NCBI RefSeq assembly: GCF_002831645.1
Contig: NZ_CP025117.1
Coordinates: 563,514-627,513, forward strand
Origin: Olleya sp. Bg11-27
GTDB taxonomy: Bacteria > Bacteroidota > Bacteroidia > Flavobacteriales > Flavobacteriaceae
Direction: 5' to 3'
DNA: 64,000 bases
Below, in pieces: positions 38,837 through 48,161 of this stretch. The notes beneath the pieces were generated by a model. The model made no database searches. It saw only the letters and a list, made by a program, of their open reading frames with translations, and had not been told where the DNA came from. The first letter of the stretch is position 1. The number at the start of each line of letters is the position of its first letter. Both the position numbers and the translations under genes were made by a program.

Positions 38837-39889
38837 TTACCATTCTAATAATATACGTTGTGCTGAAAAACCAGGTCCAAAACTCAACATTAATCCTCTA
38901 TCGCCTTTTGGTAATGGTCTATCCATAAAGCGTTCTAAAACATACAAAACAGTTGCGCTGCTCATGTTTCCGTAAAGTCGCAAGACTTCTTTTGTGTCGT
39001 CTATATTCTTCCCTAAGGATCCAAATAAATCTTCTACCGTTTGCACTATTTTTTTCCCTCCTGGATGAAAAATAAGATGATCAATATCTTCAATTGTAAT
39101 GTTATTGCGTTCTAAAAACGGATGGACAATCATAGGGAAATGTTCTGAAATGGTTTCAGGAACAGCCTTATCTAAAATCATTTGTAACCCTGTGTTTACC
39201 AATTTAAAACCCATCATGGATGTGGCATCATAAAAATGATACATGGCTTCATCTACTATTTTTGGTCCTACTTCATCTTCATAAGATGATAAAATAACAC
39301 TTGCTGCACCATCTCCAAAAATGGCAGCACTTACTATATTAACCATTGAAAAATCATCTAGCTGAAAAGTTGCTGTTGGCGACTCAACCGCAATGACAGC
39401 TGCACGTTTATTAGGATTTTCTTTTAGGAAATTCTTGGCGTAAATAATACCTGAAACACCTGCTGCACAACCCATTTCCGTAACAGGTAACCTAACAATA
39501 TCCTGCTTCATCTTTAGATTATTTATCAAATAAGCATCTACTGAAGGAATCATAATACCTGTACAACTTACTGTAATAATATAATCGATATCGGTTGGTT
39601 TTAGCGCTGCTTTATCTAATGCTTTTACCAAAGATTGCTCTGCTAATTTTACTACTTCACGAGCGTAAATATCATTTTTTTCTTGAAAAGATGTATTTGT
39701 AAAAACTTCTTCTGCATCCATTATAGAGTAGCGCTTGTCCACTCCTGCGCCTTCAAAAAGCTTGATTACTTTACGCTGAAAACGGTCGTCTTGACCAGTC
39801 ATCCAAAGTTTTAAAAAAGGAATAATATCCTTAGTTTCTCTAGTGTACTTTGGAAGTTGTTTGGCTACTGCTGTTATTTTTACGCTCAT
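38837..39889 (-). CDS. Type III polyketide synthase (chalcone/stilbene synthase family)
   Basis: Active-site region MGCAAGVSGI. C-terminal GNMSSATVLYVL and FGPGF signatures of type III PKS. Confidence 0.8.
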   Translation of the reverse strand: MSVKITAVAKQLPKYTRETKDIIPFLKLWMTGQDDRFQRKVIKLFEGAGVDKRYSIMDAEEVFTNTSFQEKNDIYAREVVKLAEQSLVKALDKAALKPTDIDYIITVSCTGIMIPSVDAYLINNLKMKQDIVRLPVTEMGCAAGVSGIIYAKNFLKENPNKRAAVIAVESPTATFQLDDFSMVNIVSAAIFGDGAASVILSSYEDEVGPKIVDEAMYHFYDATSMMGFKLVNTGLQMILDKAVPETISEHFPMIVHPFLERNNITIEDIDHLIFHPGGKKIVQTVEDLFGSLGKNIDDTKEVLRLYGNMSSATVLYVLERFMDRPLPKGDRGLMLSFGPGFSAQRILLEW

Positions 39890-39890
39890 A

Positions 39891-40604
39891 TTATTGTTGC
39901 TTCAAAATCCATTGAAAACGAAACGCCCACTTCCATTGGATTTGATAATTTGCATTTATTTGTTCTGAAATAGTTGTCAACTCTTCCCTTTTAAATCCTC
40001 TTAAGACAGAGGTTAATCCGTCTTCCACTATTGTTTTATTCTTGATTGTTGTGCATAACAGTTTAAACAGGTAATAGGCTAATTTATGTCTGTGTAAATC
40101 ATTAACCACTATACCTAATTTTGCTTTTTGCAACACAGGTTTTAAAAACGAAACCAATTGATCTTCTTTAAAATGATGCAAAAATAAAGTGGTTAATACT
40201 AAGTCATACTCTAAGTTATTAAACTGATCTGAAAATATATCTATTGCTTCAAAACTTACGTTATCGTATTTTTGCGATAATACATTAGCGTAATTAACTG
40301 TATGAGGGTTTGCATCAATCCCTATTAGTTTAAAATTATAGTTGTTTTTCTTTCCAAAAAGTGATATTTCTCTTAATATATCTCCTCCTCCACAACCCAA
40401 ATCAATGATTGTTATAGCGTCTGATTTATTATGGTTTTTAAGTGCTTTTTTTAAGCCATTAATAGTCACAATGTTTCCGCCTAACCATTGATTAATTTTT
40501 GCTAATTTATCTAATGCATCATGAAGTATTGGACCATTATAATCCAAATCGTCCATGATTTCTTCTGCTTCACTTCTATATTTTGTATTTACTAAAACAC
40601 TCAT
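39891..40604 (-). CDS. Class I SAM-dependent methyltransferase
   Basis: IIDLGCGGGDI motif I. Overlaps the next gene by 4 bp. Confidence 0.75.
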   Translation of the reverse strand: MSVLVNTKYRSEAEEIMDDLDYNGPILHDALDKLAKINQWLGGNIVTINGLKKALKNHNKSDAITIIDLGCGGGDILREISLFGKKNNYNFKLIGIDANPHTVNYANVLSQKYDNVSFEAIDIFSDQFNNLEYDLVLTTLFLHHFKEDQLVSFLKPVLQKAKLGIVVNDLHRHKLAYYLFKLLCTTIKNKTIVEDGLTSVLRGFKREELTTISEQINANYQIQWKWAFRFQWILKQQ

Positions 40605-41737
40605 TTAATTGTCATTGTTTTACCATGTGTACGCTTAATAATTTGTGGCAAAATACTTGGTATCGTTTTTACGATACGTATTAAAACCTCAGCCAATTTG
40701 TTGCAACTAAATAGTTTTGCTACAATATGACCTGTTGTTAATCGCGATTTAAACTCGGTATTCCATTCTCTAAGATACTGTTTTTCTAATCCTTCTCTGT
40801 CCTTTATTGTACCATTAAAAAATTGAATAATTAATAGTGATGCCATTTGTGCACTGCGTATTGCCATGCTCATTCCATTACCACATAAAGGATGAATCAT
40901 TCCTGCAGTATCACCACACATTAAGATATGGTTTTCTATAGGGTTTTTGGTTTCGAAAGAAATCTGACTAATAGTTAAAGGCGTTTCAAAAACTGAAGTT
41001 GTGTTTTCAAAAACTAATTTTAAAGCGGTATTTTTATAAAGTACTTTCCGCTGAAACTCGTCAATATCTTTATACTTTTTAAAAGCCTCAAAATTGGTGA
41101 TGTAGCATAGATTTATACTATCGTCTTCTACTTTTGAGATACCACAATAACCACCTTCAAAATTATGAAGCGCCACTAAGTTTTCAGGAAAAACGCCTTT
41201 TAAATGTGTTTTAACTGCTAAAAAAGGGGATTTGTTTTTAATGAAATTACGATTGAGCTTGACGTCCAAATTAGCACGTTTGCCATAAGCGCCAATCACT
41301 ATTTTTGAAGTATACTTATTTGATTTAGTTTCAACCGAAAACACATCATTAGTAAACGTTACATTTTCTACTGTATCTTGAGTAATGGTAGCCTGATTTG
41401 CTAATGCAACCTTTGCCAATTGGTTATCTAAACAATAGCGACTAATACCAAAACCACCAAGTGGCAAATTGGCCTTTACAAGCTTGTTTTTAGGTGTAGA
41501 TAGTTCAAATTTATCAATCCTTTTTGCGCCTAGTTTAAAAACGTCTACTCCCAGAAAATTTAAGTAAGGTAAGACTTCGTTAGAAATATACTCGCCACAA
41601 ACCTTATGTTTTGGATACTCGTTTTTTTCGATAACCAAAACACTATGCTTATTTTTTGATAAATGGATGGCACTACTAAGACCTGCTAATCCTCCACCAA
41701 TAATAATAACATCAAAATTTGAGGGAATTATATTCAA
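40601..41737 (-). CDS. FAD-dependent oxidoreductase/monooxygenase
   Basis: DVIIIGGGLAGLSSA FAD-binding fold and a GD motif (LMCGDTAG). Confidence 0.7.
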   Translation of the reverse strand: MNIIPSNFDVIIIGGGLAGLSSAIHLSKNKHSVLVIEKNEYPKHKVCGEYISNEVLPYLNFLGVDVFKLGAKRIDKFELSTPKNKLVKANLPLGGFGISRYCLDNQLAKVALANQATITQDTVENVTFTNDVFSVETKSNKYTSKIVIGAYGKRANLDVKLNRNFIKNKSPFLAVKTHLKGVFPENLVALHNFEGGYCGISKVEDDSINLCYITNFEAFKKYKDIDEFQRKVLYKNTALKLVFENTTSVFETPLTISQISFETKNPIENHILMCGDTAGMIHPLCGNGMSMAIRSAQMASLLIIQFFNGTIKDREGLEKQYLREWNTEFKSRLTTGHIVAKLFSCNKLAEVLIRIVKTIPSILPQIIKRTHGKTMTIK

Positions 41738-41791
41738 CTTTTTTCTAATTCAATTTTACTAAAGATACCTCGAAAATTATTGACTTAGACG

Positions 41792-42253
41792 TTAGTTAAC
41801 ATTTGTTATGGAAAAATTTTGCTCCCTAAACACAATGTTATCACCAATTGTTTTACCTAATATTAATTGTGCTATTGGCGTATTGGCAGCAATAGCATAA
41901 AAATTAGAGCTATCAACCTCCAATTCACCAACGCTAATCGCAATATAATAATTAGCCTTTGTTGTATATACAACACTTCCTAAGCCAATGGTTCTAGACG
42001 TTTTTTCTACACTTATTTTAGCTAATAGTTGATTTACTTTCTGGATCTCAGCCAATTGCTTCCCTGCTTTTTCACGTTCAAGCTGTACCATTGCGCGTCC
42101 CGTTTCATGCTTATCTCCAGCACTACTTTTTGTTTCAGAGGTTAAAGACTCCTGCAGTTCGTTAATCGTTTTATTAATTGTATCTAATCTATTTTTAGTA
42201 AACTGAACACACTTACTATGCAATACTTGCTTTATATTATCGTCTTTATTCAT
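41792..42253 (-). CDS. GreA/GreB-like domain protein
   Basis: 153 aa with a coiled-coil N-terminus and an FKBP-like C-terminal pattern. Weak call. Confidence 0.4.
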   Translation of the reverse strand: MNKDDNIKQVLHSKCVQFTKNRLDTINKTINELQESLTSETKSSAGDKHETGRAMVQLEREKAGKQLAEIQKVNQLLAKISVEKTSRTIGLGSVVYTTKANYYIAISVGELEVDSSNFYAIAANTPIAQLILGKTIGDNIVFREQNFSITNVN

Positions 42254-42929
42254 CCTCCGTTTTATAATTTAAAGTACCGTAAAAATTCATCTGTTTCATT
42301 ATCCAACTTTTTCTAGACGCTATATAGTTAGTCACAGGGTTTGCTTTATACTTTCTAGGATTAGGCAATATTGCTGCAATTGCGGATGCCTCTAATTTTG
42401 ATAATTTGGAGGCTGGTTTTTTAAACCAAAATTGTGCTGCCGATTCTGCGCCATACACACCATTGCCCATTTCTATACTATTTAAATAAACCTCAATAAT
42501 GCGTTCTTTAGACCAAATAGACTCGATTAAAAAGGTAAAATAAACCTCTAATCCTTTTCGCAACCAACTCCGTTGTGGCCATAAAAACACATTTTTTGCA
42601 GTTTGTTGACTTATGGTACTACCTCCCTTTATACGTTTGCCTTTTTTGTTGTCTTCATACGCTTTTTCAATGGCTTTTAAGTCGAAACCATTATGTTTTA
42701 AAAAACGCTGATCTTCACTACAAATGACTGCTAATTGTAAATTTTTAGAAATATTTTCAACCGGCTCCCAATCATGTTTCAAAATTTTAGGGCTGTCTTT
42801 TTCAAAATACCTAATAACCATCAAAGGTGTAATAGGAACCGGAACCCATTTATACACAACTACCAATGCAACTGTAACAATTACAAACCACATCATAATT
42901 TTGGCAAAAAACCGGACCACTCTCGACAT
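42246..42929 (-). CDS. mtgA: Monofunctional biosynthetic peptidoglycan transglycosylase (GT51)
   Basis: N-terminal TM helix. CSEDQRFLKHNGFD, GGSTISQQ and RKY motifs of GT51. Confidence 0.85.
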   Translation of the reverse strand: MSRVVRFFAKIMMWFVIVTVALVVVYKWVPVPITPLMVIRYFEKDSPKILKHDWEPVENISKNLQLAVICSEDQRFLKHNGFDLKAIEKAYEDNKKGKRIKGGSTISQQTAKNVFLWPQRSWLRKGLEVYFTFLIESIWSKERIIEVYLNSIEMGNGVYGAESAAQFWFKKPASKLSKLEASAIAAILPNPRKYKANPVTNYIASRKSWIMKQMNFYGTLNYKTEDE

Positions 42930-42933
42930 GCTT

Positions 42934-44046
42934 CTATGTTATAAGATTTGCTAATTCCTCTCCCACCAAACTACCAATAGCAACACCCATTCCGCCTAAA
43001 CGCACACCACAAAACACATGATTACTAATTTGTTTTAAAACCGGTTTTTTTTGAGCACCAACACCCATAATTCCACTCCAGCGATGCTCAACCTCAAACG
43101 GTATATTTGGCAAAATAGTCGTTTTTAAAAGCCTTTCTAATCTGTTTTGAACTAATGCTGTTTGACTCAACTCAGTGGTTTCTTCCGCTTTAAAATCAAG
43201 GTTTCGACCACCACCAAATAAGATTCGGTTATCGATGTTTCGGAAATAATAATACCCTTCATCCAAATGAAAGGTCCCTTTAATATGCAATCCTTTTATG
43301 GGTTTAGTAATTAACACTTGTGCTCTTGCAGGTTTTACTTCAGGAATAGCTAAAGCAGAAGCAAAGCCATTGGTTGCAATTAATAATTTACAAGTCGAAA
43401 AACTAAACTGACTAGTCTCCACTTTTACCGAATTAACATCTTCCAAAAAATTAGTAACAGAAACGTTATTTAGTATTTTAATGCCATTTGAGAGCACTTT
43501 TTGCAATAAAGCCTCCATCATGCGTCCTGTATCTATTTGTCCTTCAAATTGATTAAAACAATACTGCTCTTTAATGTTTTTAAAACCAAACGTATCTCCT
43601 TTTAAACTAAACACGTCAGTTTTAAAGATGGGCCTCAATAATGCATTAACAGCGTCTTTTTGATTTAAACAAGTTTCAAATAAGCTTGTATTTTCGCTAA
43701 ACAACTCATAGCCTCCCCATTGTTGATAATCTATACTTTTATCACCCAAAGTAGTCCTTAATTTTTGCAATCCAGCCCTACGTTTTTTTACTAAGTTTAA
43801 AACGTCTTCTTCTGAATGCGTTTTAAGGTCATCAATAATTTCACTTAAACTTCCAAAACAGGCAAAGCCTGCATTTTTAGTACTTGCCCCTTGTGGCAAG
43901 GTTCCTTTTTCTAAAATTAAAATACTTGCTTTTGGAAACCGCTTCTTTAATTGTAACGCGCAATTTAAACCCACAATACCACTACCAACAATAGTATAAT
44001 CTACATTGGTAAGCCATGATTTTATTTCCCAGTAACTTAATGTCAT
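42934..44046 (-). CDS. FAD-dependent oxidoreductase (DAO-like)
   Basis: YTIVGSGIVGLNCA dinucleotide-binding motif. Length 370 aa. Confidence 0.7.
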   Translation of the reverse strand: MTLSYWEIKSWLTNVDYTIVGSGIVGLNCALQLKKRFPKASILILEKGTLPQGASTKNAGFACFGSLSEIIDDLKTHSEEDVLNLVKKRRAGLQKLRTTLGDKSIDYQQWGGYELFSENTSLFETCLNQKDAVNALLRPIFKTDVFSLKGDTFGFKNIKEQYCFNQFEGQIDTGRMMEALLQKVLSNGIKILNNVSVTNFLEDVNSVKVETSQFSFSTCKLLIATNGFASALAIPEVKPARAQVLITKPIKGLHIKGTFHLDEGYYYFRNIDNRILFGGGRNLDFKAEETTELSQTALVQNRLERLLKTTILPNIPFEVEHRWSGIMGVGAQKKPVLKQISNHVFCGVRLGGMGVAIGSLVGEELANLIT

Positions 44047-44068
44047 TTTAGTAAGGTACTAAATTTGT

Positions 44069-45424
44069 TTATTCTTTTGCATTAATAAAAAACTGAGCCA
44101 GCGCATTAATCTCTTTATTCTTTAATTGAATGAGACCGTCTATTGCAATGGTTTCATCCAAACTATTCGTTCCATTAACTTCTAAGGTTAAAAGCTTTTC
44201 TAAGTATGTGTTTAACATAGGAAAATAGTTTTGCTCTTGTAATTTCTTAAAATCAATATTTAAAGCCAATACATTTACATTTTCAAGGTCTTCAGGCGTA
44301 AAATCGGCCTTTAAATTTGTACTTGCAAATAAGCCATTTTCGGTAGAATCTACTTTTAATTGATATAACGGAAACACCTCTTTATTTAGTCGTCCGTTAT
44401 TGATTATTGCTTTATTTTCTAAATACTTATATAGTTTTGAACCATCAGAAGTTACTTCAATATTAATTTCTGGCACTTCTTTTTCTACCGCTGTAAGCGT
44501 TTCTACTTTTTCAAAATCATCATTATATTCATAGGAAATTATAGAGTCTATTTGCATTGTTGATTTTGTAACCTCTAATGCTAAATGCCCTTTATAATAC
44601 GCATTTAAACTATCTGTATCAATAGTAAAATTATTGTGGTTTAGAGAAATGTATTTAAGAGTCGATAACACATTTAAATCAAGTGTTATACTAGCATCCT
44701 TTGAAAACCGAGTGCCTTTAAGTGTTTTAGGCACATCTAAAAAGACGGGCAATACCACATTTCCATTTACCACAACTTGACCTGATTTAAAGTCTAAATC
44801 GATTGTATTGTTTTTAGTCAAGTAATTAATATGGGAATTGGCCTCTTTTATTGCAGACCATTTAGGATCAGAGCTATCTAATGTTTTTCCATCATTCAAT
44901 AAATCTACAAACACTTGATTAACATCTTCTTTATTAGGATTGTACACTACAACACATTGCTTATCATTAAAAGCAATCTGTATTTTTTCATCCTTGTTGA
45001 CACCTACCGTAAATCTTGAAGTTATTTCAAAAGCTGTAATATGAAATTGACTTTCAATATAATTTTTAAAATCTAAAGTGTCAGAAATTTTCAAGGATGC
45101 AAAAAGCGTCTTCTTAGAATACTCTTTAATTGTATATAAAAAAACGTTCGCAGGTATGGATACCCCTTTGCCATTGTCTTTTTCCTCTATAACCGAATCT
45201 TTTTTATTTTCTTTTTTTAAATAGAACGACGGATTTACAACGGCATTAAGAGCTATAGTCTGTAATATACCGTCGACTCTAACTTTTACAATATGATCTG
45301 CATTTTTGTGTATAACATCATGATAAGACACATAATCACGATACATTAAAATACCCTTAAAAATTAAGAGCAGCACACTAATACTAATGGCTGCTCTTTT
45401 TACTATTTTCTTAATTCTCATCAA
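44069..45424 (-). CDS. Hypothetical membrane-anchored protein
   Basis: N-terminal hydrophobic anchor. No motif recognised. Confidence 0.45.
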   Translation of the reverse strand: MMRIKKIVKRAAISISVLLLIFKGILMYRDYVSYHDVIHKNADHIVKVRVDGILQTIALNAVVNPSFYLKKENKKDSVIEEKDNGKGVSIPANVFLYTIKEYSKKTLFASLKISDTLDFKNYIESQFHITAFEITSRFTVGVNKDEKIQIAFNDKQCVVVYNPNKEDVNQVFVDLLNDGKTLDSSDPKWSAIKEANSHINYLTKNNTIDLDFKSGQVVVNGNVVLPVFLDVPKTLKGTRFSKDASITLDLNVLSTLKYISLNHNNFTIDTDSLNAYYKGHLALEVTKSTMQIDSIISYEYNDDFEKVETLTAVEKEVPEINIEVTSDGSKLYKYLENKAIINNGRLNKEVFPLYQLKVDSTENGLFASTNLKADFTPEDLENVNVLALNIDFKKLQEQNYFPMLNTYLEKLLTLEVNGTNSLDETIAIDGLIQLKNKEINALAQFFINAKE

Positions 45425-45427
45425 TTA

Positions 45428-47356
45428 TTACTTTGCCAATTTTTCAATAATGTTAAAAATGTATTTTAACGCATTGTCTTCTGTTGCTGGCACACCAATT
45501 ACCATTTCTGTATTTACTGTATTCCCTTTAATTTTAGACGCTGTAACGTAAGCATCTTCAGAAGTGTTTAAAAACCATTCTAGTTTTCCACTTCTATCAA
45601 GTCCCATTTCTTCAATAGGCAATTGTGCCGCTAATTGCTCTGCACTTACAAATAATGAATAATTATTACTTAACATCCTTTTTTTATGATCAGAAGATAC
45701 TTTAGCATCAAATGTTCCTGAAGCTATTTTTCTCATTTCAGCTTTAGATGTTCCCAAAAACACAATATTATCTTTAATCATAAAGTGAATAGAAAAAGGA
45801 CTTCGTGGTGCTTTAAACGTATAAAAACCGTTATCAAAAGTTACCATTTCTTTTTTTGTAGTATAGCTAATCACTTTATTAAGAAGACTTGGATCCTCTG
45901 TAGACGCCATTAATAAAAAGTCAGGTAATGTTTCTGTTTTTGTTTTCTCTATTTCTACATACTCATAATCATCATTATACTCGTAACTCGTATAAGACAC
46001 TTCTTGTTTAGAAATCCCTGATAATAAAAATAACATGTCGCCTTGAAGCACTTCAGAGACCGCTTCCTCATCTAATAACAGTGAGAATAAATCTAATGCT
46101 AAAACAGCTTCTTCACCATAATAAGGCATGTTTTTGTATATAGACTTCATTAATTTAGGGTACTCATCAAGCATCCCTTTTGTATCCATAGCAGAACTCA
46201 TGTACCCTATCATTCTGTCCTCATTGACATAATTTAAAAACTTTTTATTAAGTTTTCTTGAGGTCATTTTTTTATAGCTTTTAGCCATATCGTCAGACAT
46301 AATGTATGTTGAACTTAACATCATTTTATCATTTTCAAGAAACAATTTAGCATTCAAACCATTGTTTGCATACATTGCTCCCAAATCAAACCCTCCTAAT
46401 TCATTAAAATACATTCCTGCAAATAAATTAGTATACAATTGACCAAAATCATTAATCCATAATGTCGCTTCCGCTTTGTCATCTAGACTTTTTAAATAAG
46501 ATTTATTTTTTAAGATACTACGTTCGGCAGTTTGAGTTGCTATTTGCTTTGCTTTTAATAAAGACCAACTTTTAGACAAAGCTCTTTTAATTGTGTAATT
46601 ATCGTTATAGGCGTCATAATAATCAGAAGTACTATTGTTGTCGTTATAATCTTCAGTAGACTCAATAACAGTCTCTTCAATTTCTACTTCTTCATAAACC
46701 TCTTCTGTGTCTTCTACAATTGTCTCCTCTACTTCACCTTCCATAATCTCTGTAGACTCCACAACAGTTTCTTCTGTTTCGTAAACGTCTCCTGCAGACT
46801 CTACGACTTCTGTAGCATAATCAACTTCACTTTCCTCATAGCCATAATTTTCTGATTTAAGGCCATGACGTTGCATTACCGTTTCGTCTTGAAAATACAT
46901 CTCATTGACCGTTCCTTCTACTACTATAAAAACAGAATCACTCCAAACAACACCTTCGTTTTTATCTTTAAAAGATCTTAATCCATTTTCGTTAATAAAT
47001 TCATTTCTGCCTTCATCTTTAATGAAGCTCTCAAACTTATTGACATCCTTTATAGGCATTATAAAAGTATTATAAGTAATACTATCATTAGTCTGCAAAA
47101 AATAATGAGCCGAATTATTCAAATCGAAACCAAAATCTTCGATCGACGTTTTTTGACTATCTGATTTAGACAATTCTTTTAAAATTTCATTACCTATAAA
47201 AGAACTATTCATCTCTTCTATAGACATTAATTCTAATAAATTACGACCTTTAATAGTTGCAACTATGGAGGCATCACTTGGGATTTTTGATGATGAGTTT
47301 TGTGCAACTGCAAATACAGATACGCATAACATCATTGAACATACTAATTTTTTCAT
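45428..47356 (-). CDS. Hypothetical secreted protein with acidic Glu/Thr/Val repeat region
   Basis: Signal peptide. Low-complexity EETVVESTEIMEGEVEETIVEDTEEVYEEVEIEET tract. Confidence 0.5.
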   Translation of the reverse strand: MKKLVCSMMLCVSVFAVAQNSSSKIPSDASIVATIKGRNLLELMSIEEMNSSFIGNEILKELSKSDSQKTSIEDFGFDLNNSAHYFLQTNDSITYNTFIMPIKDVNKFESFIKDEGRNEFINENGLRSFKDKNEGVVWSDSVFIVVEGTVNEMYFQDETVMQRHGLKSENYGYEESEVDYATEVVESAGDVYETEETVVESTEIMEGEVEETIVEDTEEVYEEVEIEETVIESTEDYNDNNSTSDYYDAYNDNYTIKRALSKSWSLLKAKQIATQTAERSILKNKSYLKSLDDKAEATLWINDFGQLYTNLFAGMYFNELGGFDLGAMYANNGLNAKLFLENDKMMLSSTYIMSDDMAKSYKKMTSRKLNKKFLNYVNEDRMIGYMSSAMDTKGMLDEYPKLMKSIYKNMPYYGEEAVLALDLFSLLLDEEAVSEVLQGDMLFLLSGISKQEVSYTSYEYNDDYEYVEIEKTKTETLPDFLLMASTEDPSLLNKVISYTTKKEMVTFDNGFYTFKAPRSPFSIHFMIKDNIVFLGTSKAEMRKIASGTFDAKVSSDHKKRMLSNNYSLFVSAEQLAAQLPIEEMGLDRSGKLEWFLNTSEDAYVTASKIKGNTVNTEMVIGVPATEDNALKYIFNIIEKLAK

Positions 47357-47370
47357 GGATTGATTAATTA

Positions 47371-48057
47371 TTAATTAAGGGTTTTTTTTAATTGAATTTG
47401 AGTACTAAAATTTCCTTTTCCGTTAATGACATCTAATGCACTAACACGTTGCATCACTGCTTTTTTTGACTTAGAAACTTTAGCCTGTGGGTTGTTTTGA
47501 GAATTTACTTCTTTATCGAATCTATAAATCACGGTGTAAGAGGCATCATCAAACACCTTTTTATTCTCTGTTTTTAGTTTACTATATTCTTTTTTAACAT
47601 CTGCAGAATAAACATATTTTCTTTTAAACGCGCCTCTAGCATCATCAAAGAAATAAGATGAGATTACTGTTTTATTTTTCTGATTATTAGAAACCTGATT
47701 CGTGATTTTATTGATATTCTCCATTTTATTAAAATCGCATTTTACTGAAAATACAAAATTATCATAATCGGCTGTTTTCCTGATATTAGTAATACCTTCA
47801 GCCTTTTTTAATTCTGAAACAACATCTTCTAATCCTTTTTGAATATCTGCTCGAGAAGGCACTTTATACCCATTAATAGAGTCTAAAAGCATTATAGAGG
47901 CTAGTTTAGATTTACTTTGACTTAGATTAAACGTATACGTCATTGTACCTGTTCCATCGCTTTTAAGATCTATCTCCTCGATAATTTCAAAACACGAAGT
48001 TATTGTTATACCAATTATTAATAAAAGACAGTATTTAAACAGGTTACGAATTTTCAT
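47371..48057 (-). CDS. Hypothetical lipoprotein
   Basis: Lipobox GITITSC. Length 228 aa. Confidence 0.5.
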   Translation of the reverse strand: MKIRNLFKYCLLLIIGITITSCFEIIEEIDLKSDGTGTMTYTFNLSQSKSKLASIMLLDSINGYKVPSRADIQKGLEDVVSELKKAEGITNIRKTADYDNFVFSVKCDFNKMENINKITNQVSNNQKNKTVISSYFFDDARGAFKRKYVYSADVKKEYSKLKTENKKVFDDASYTVIYRFDKEVNSQNNPQAKVSKSKKAVMQRVSALDVINGKGNFSTQIQLKKTLN

Positions 48058-48105
48058 AATAGCTTTTTTGTGAACGTCAAATATACTGAGGTTTTCTTTT
48101 ATAAA

Positions 48106-48140
48106 TAAAAAAAACTCCGAAAGAGATTTCGGAGTTTTTA
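48106..48140 (-). terminator. Rho-independent terminator after metalloprotease gene (minus strand)
   Basis: aaaaactccgaaagagatttcggagttttt hairpin with flanking runs. Confidence 0.65.
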
Positions 48141-48161
48141 ATTTAAGTTATAAAGTATGTT

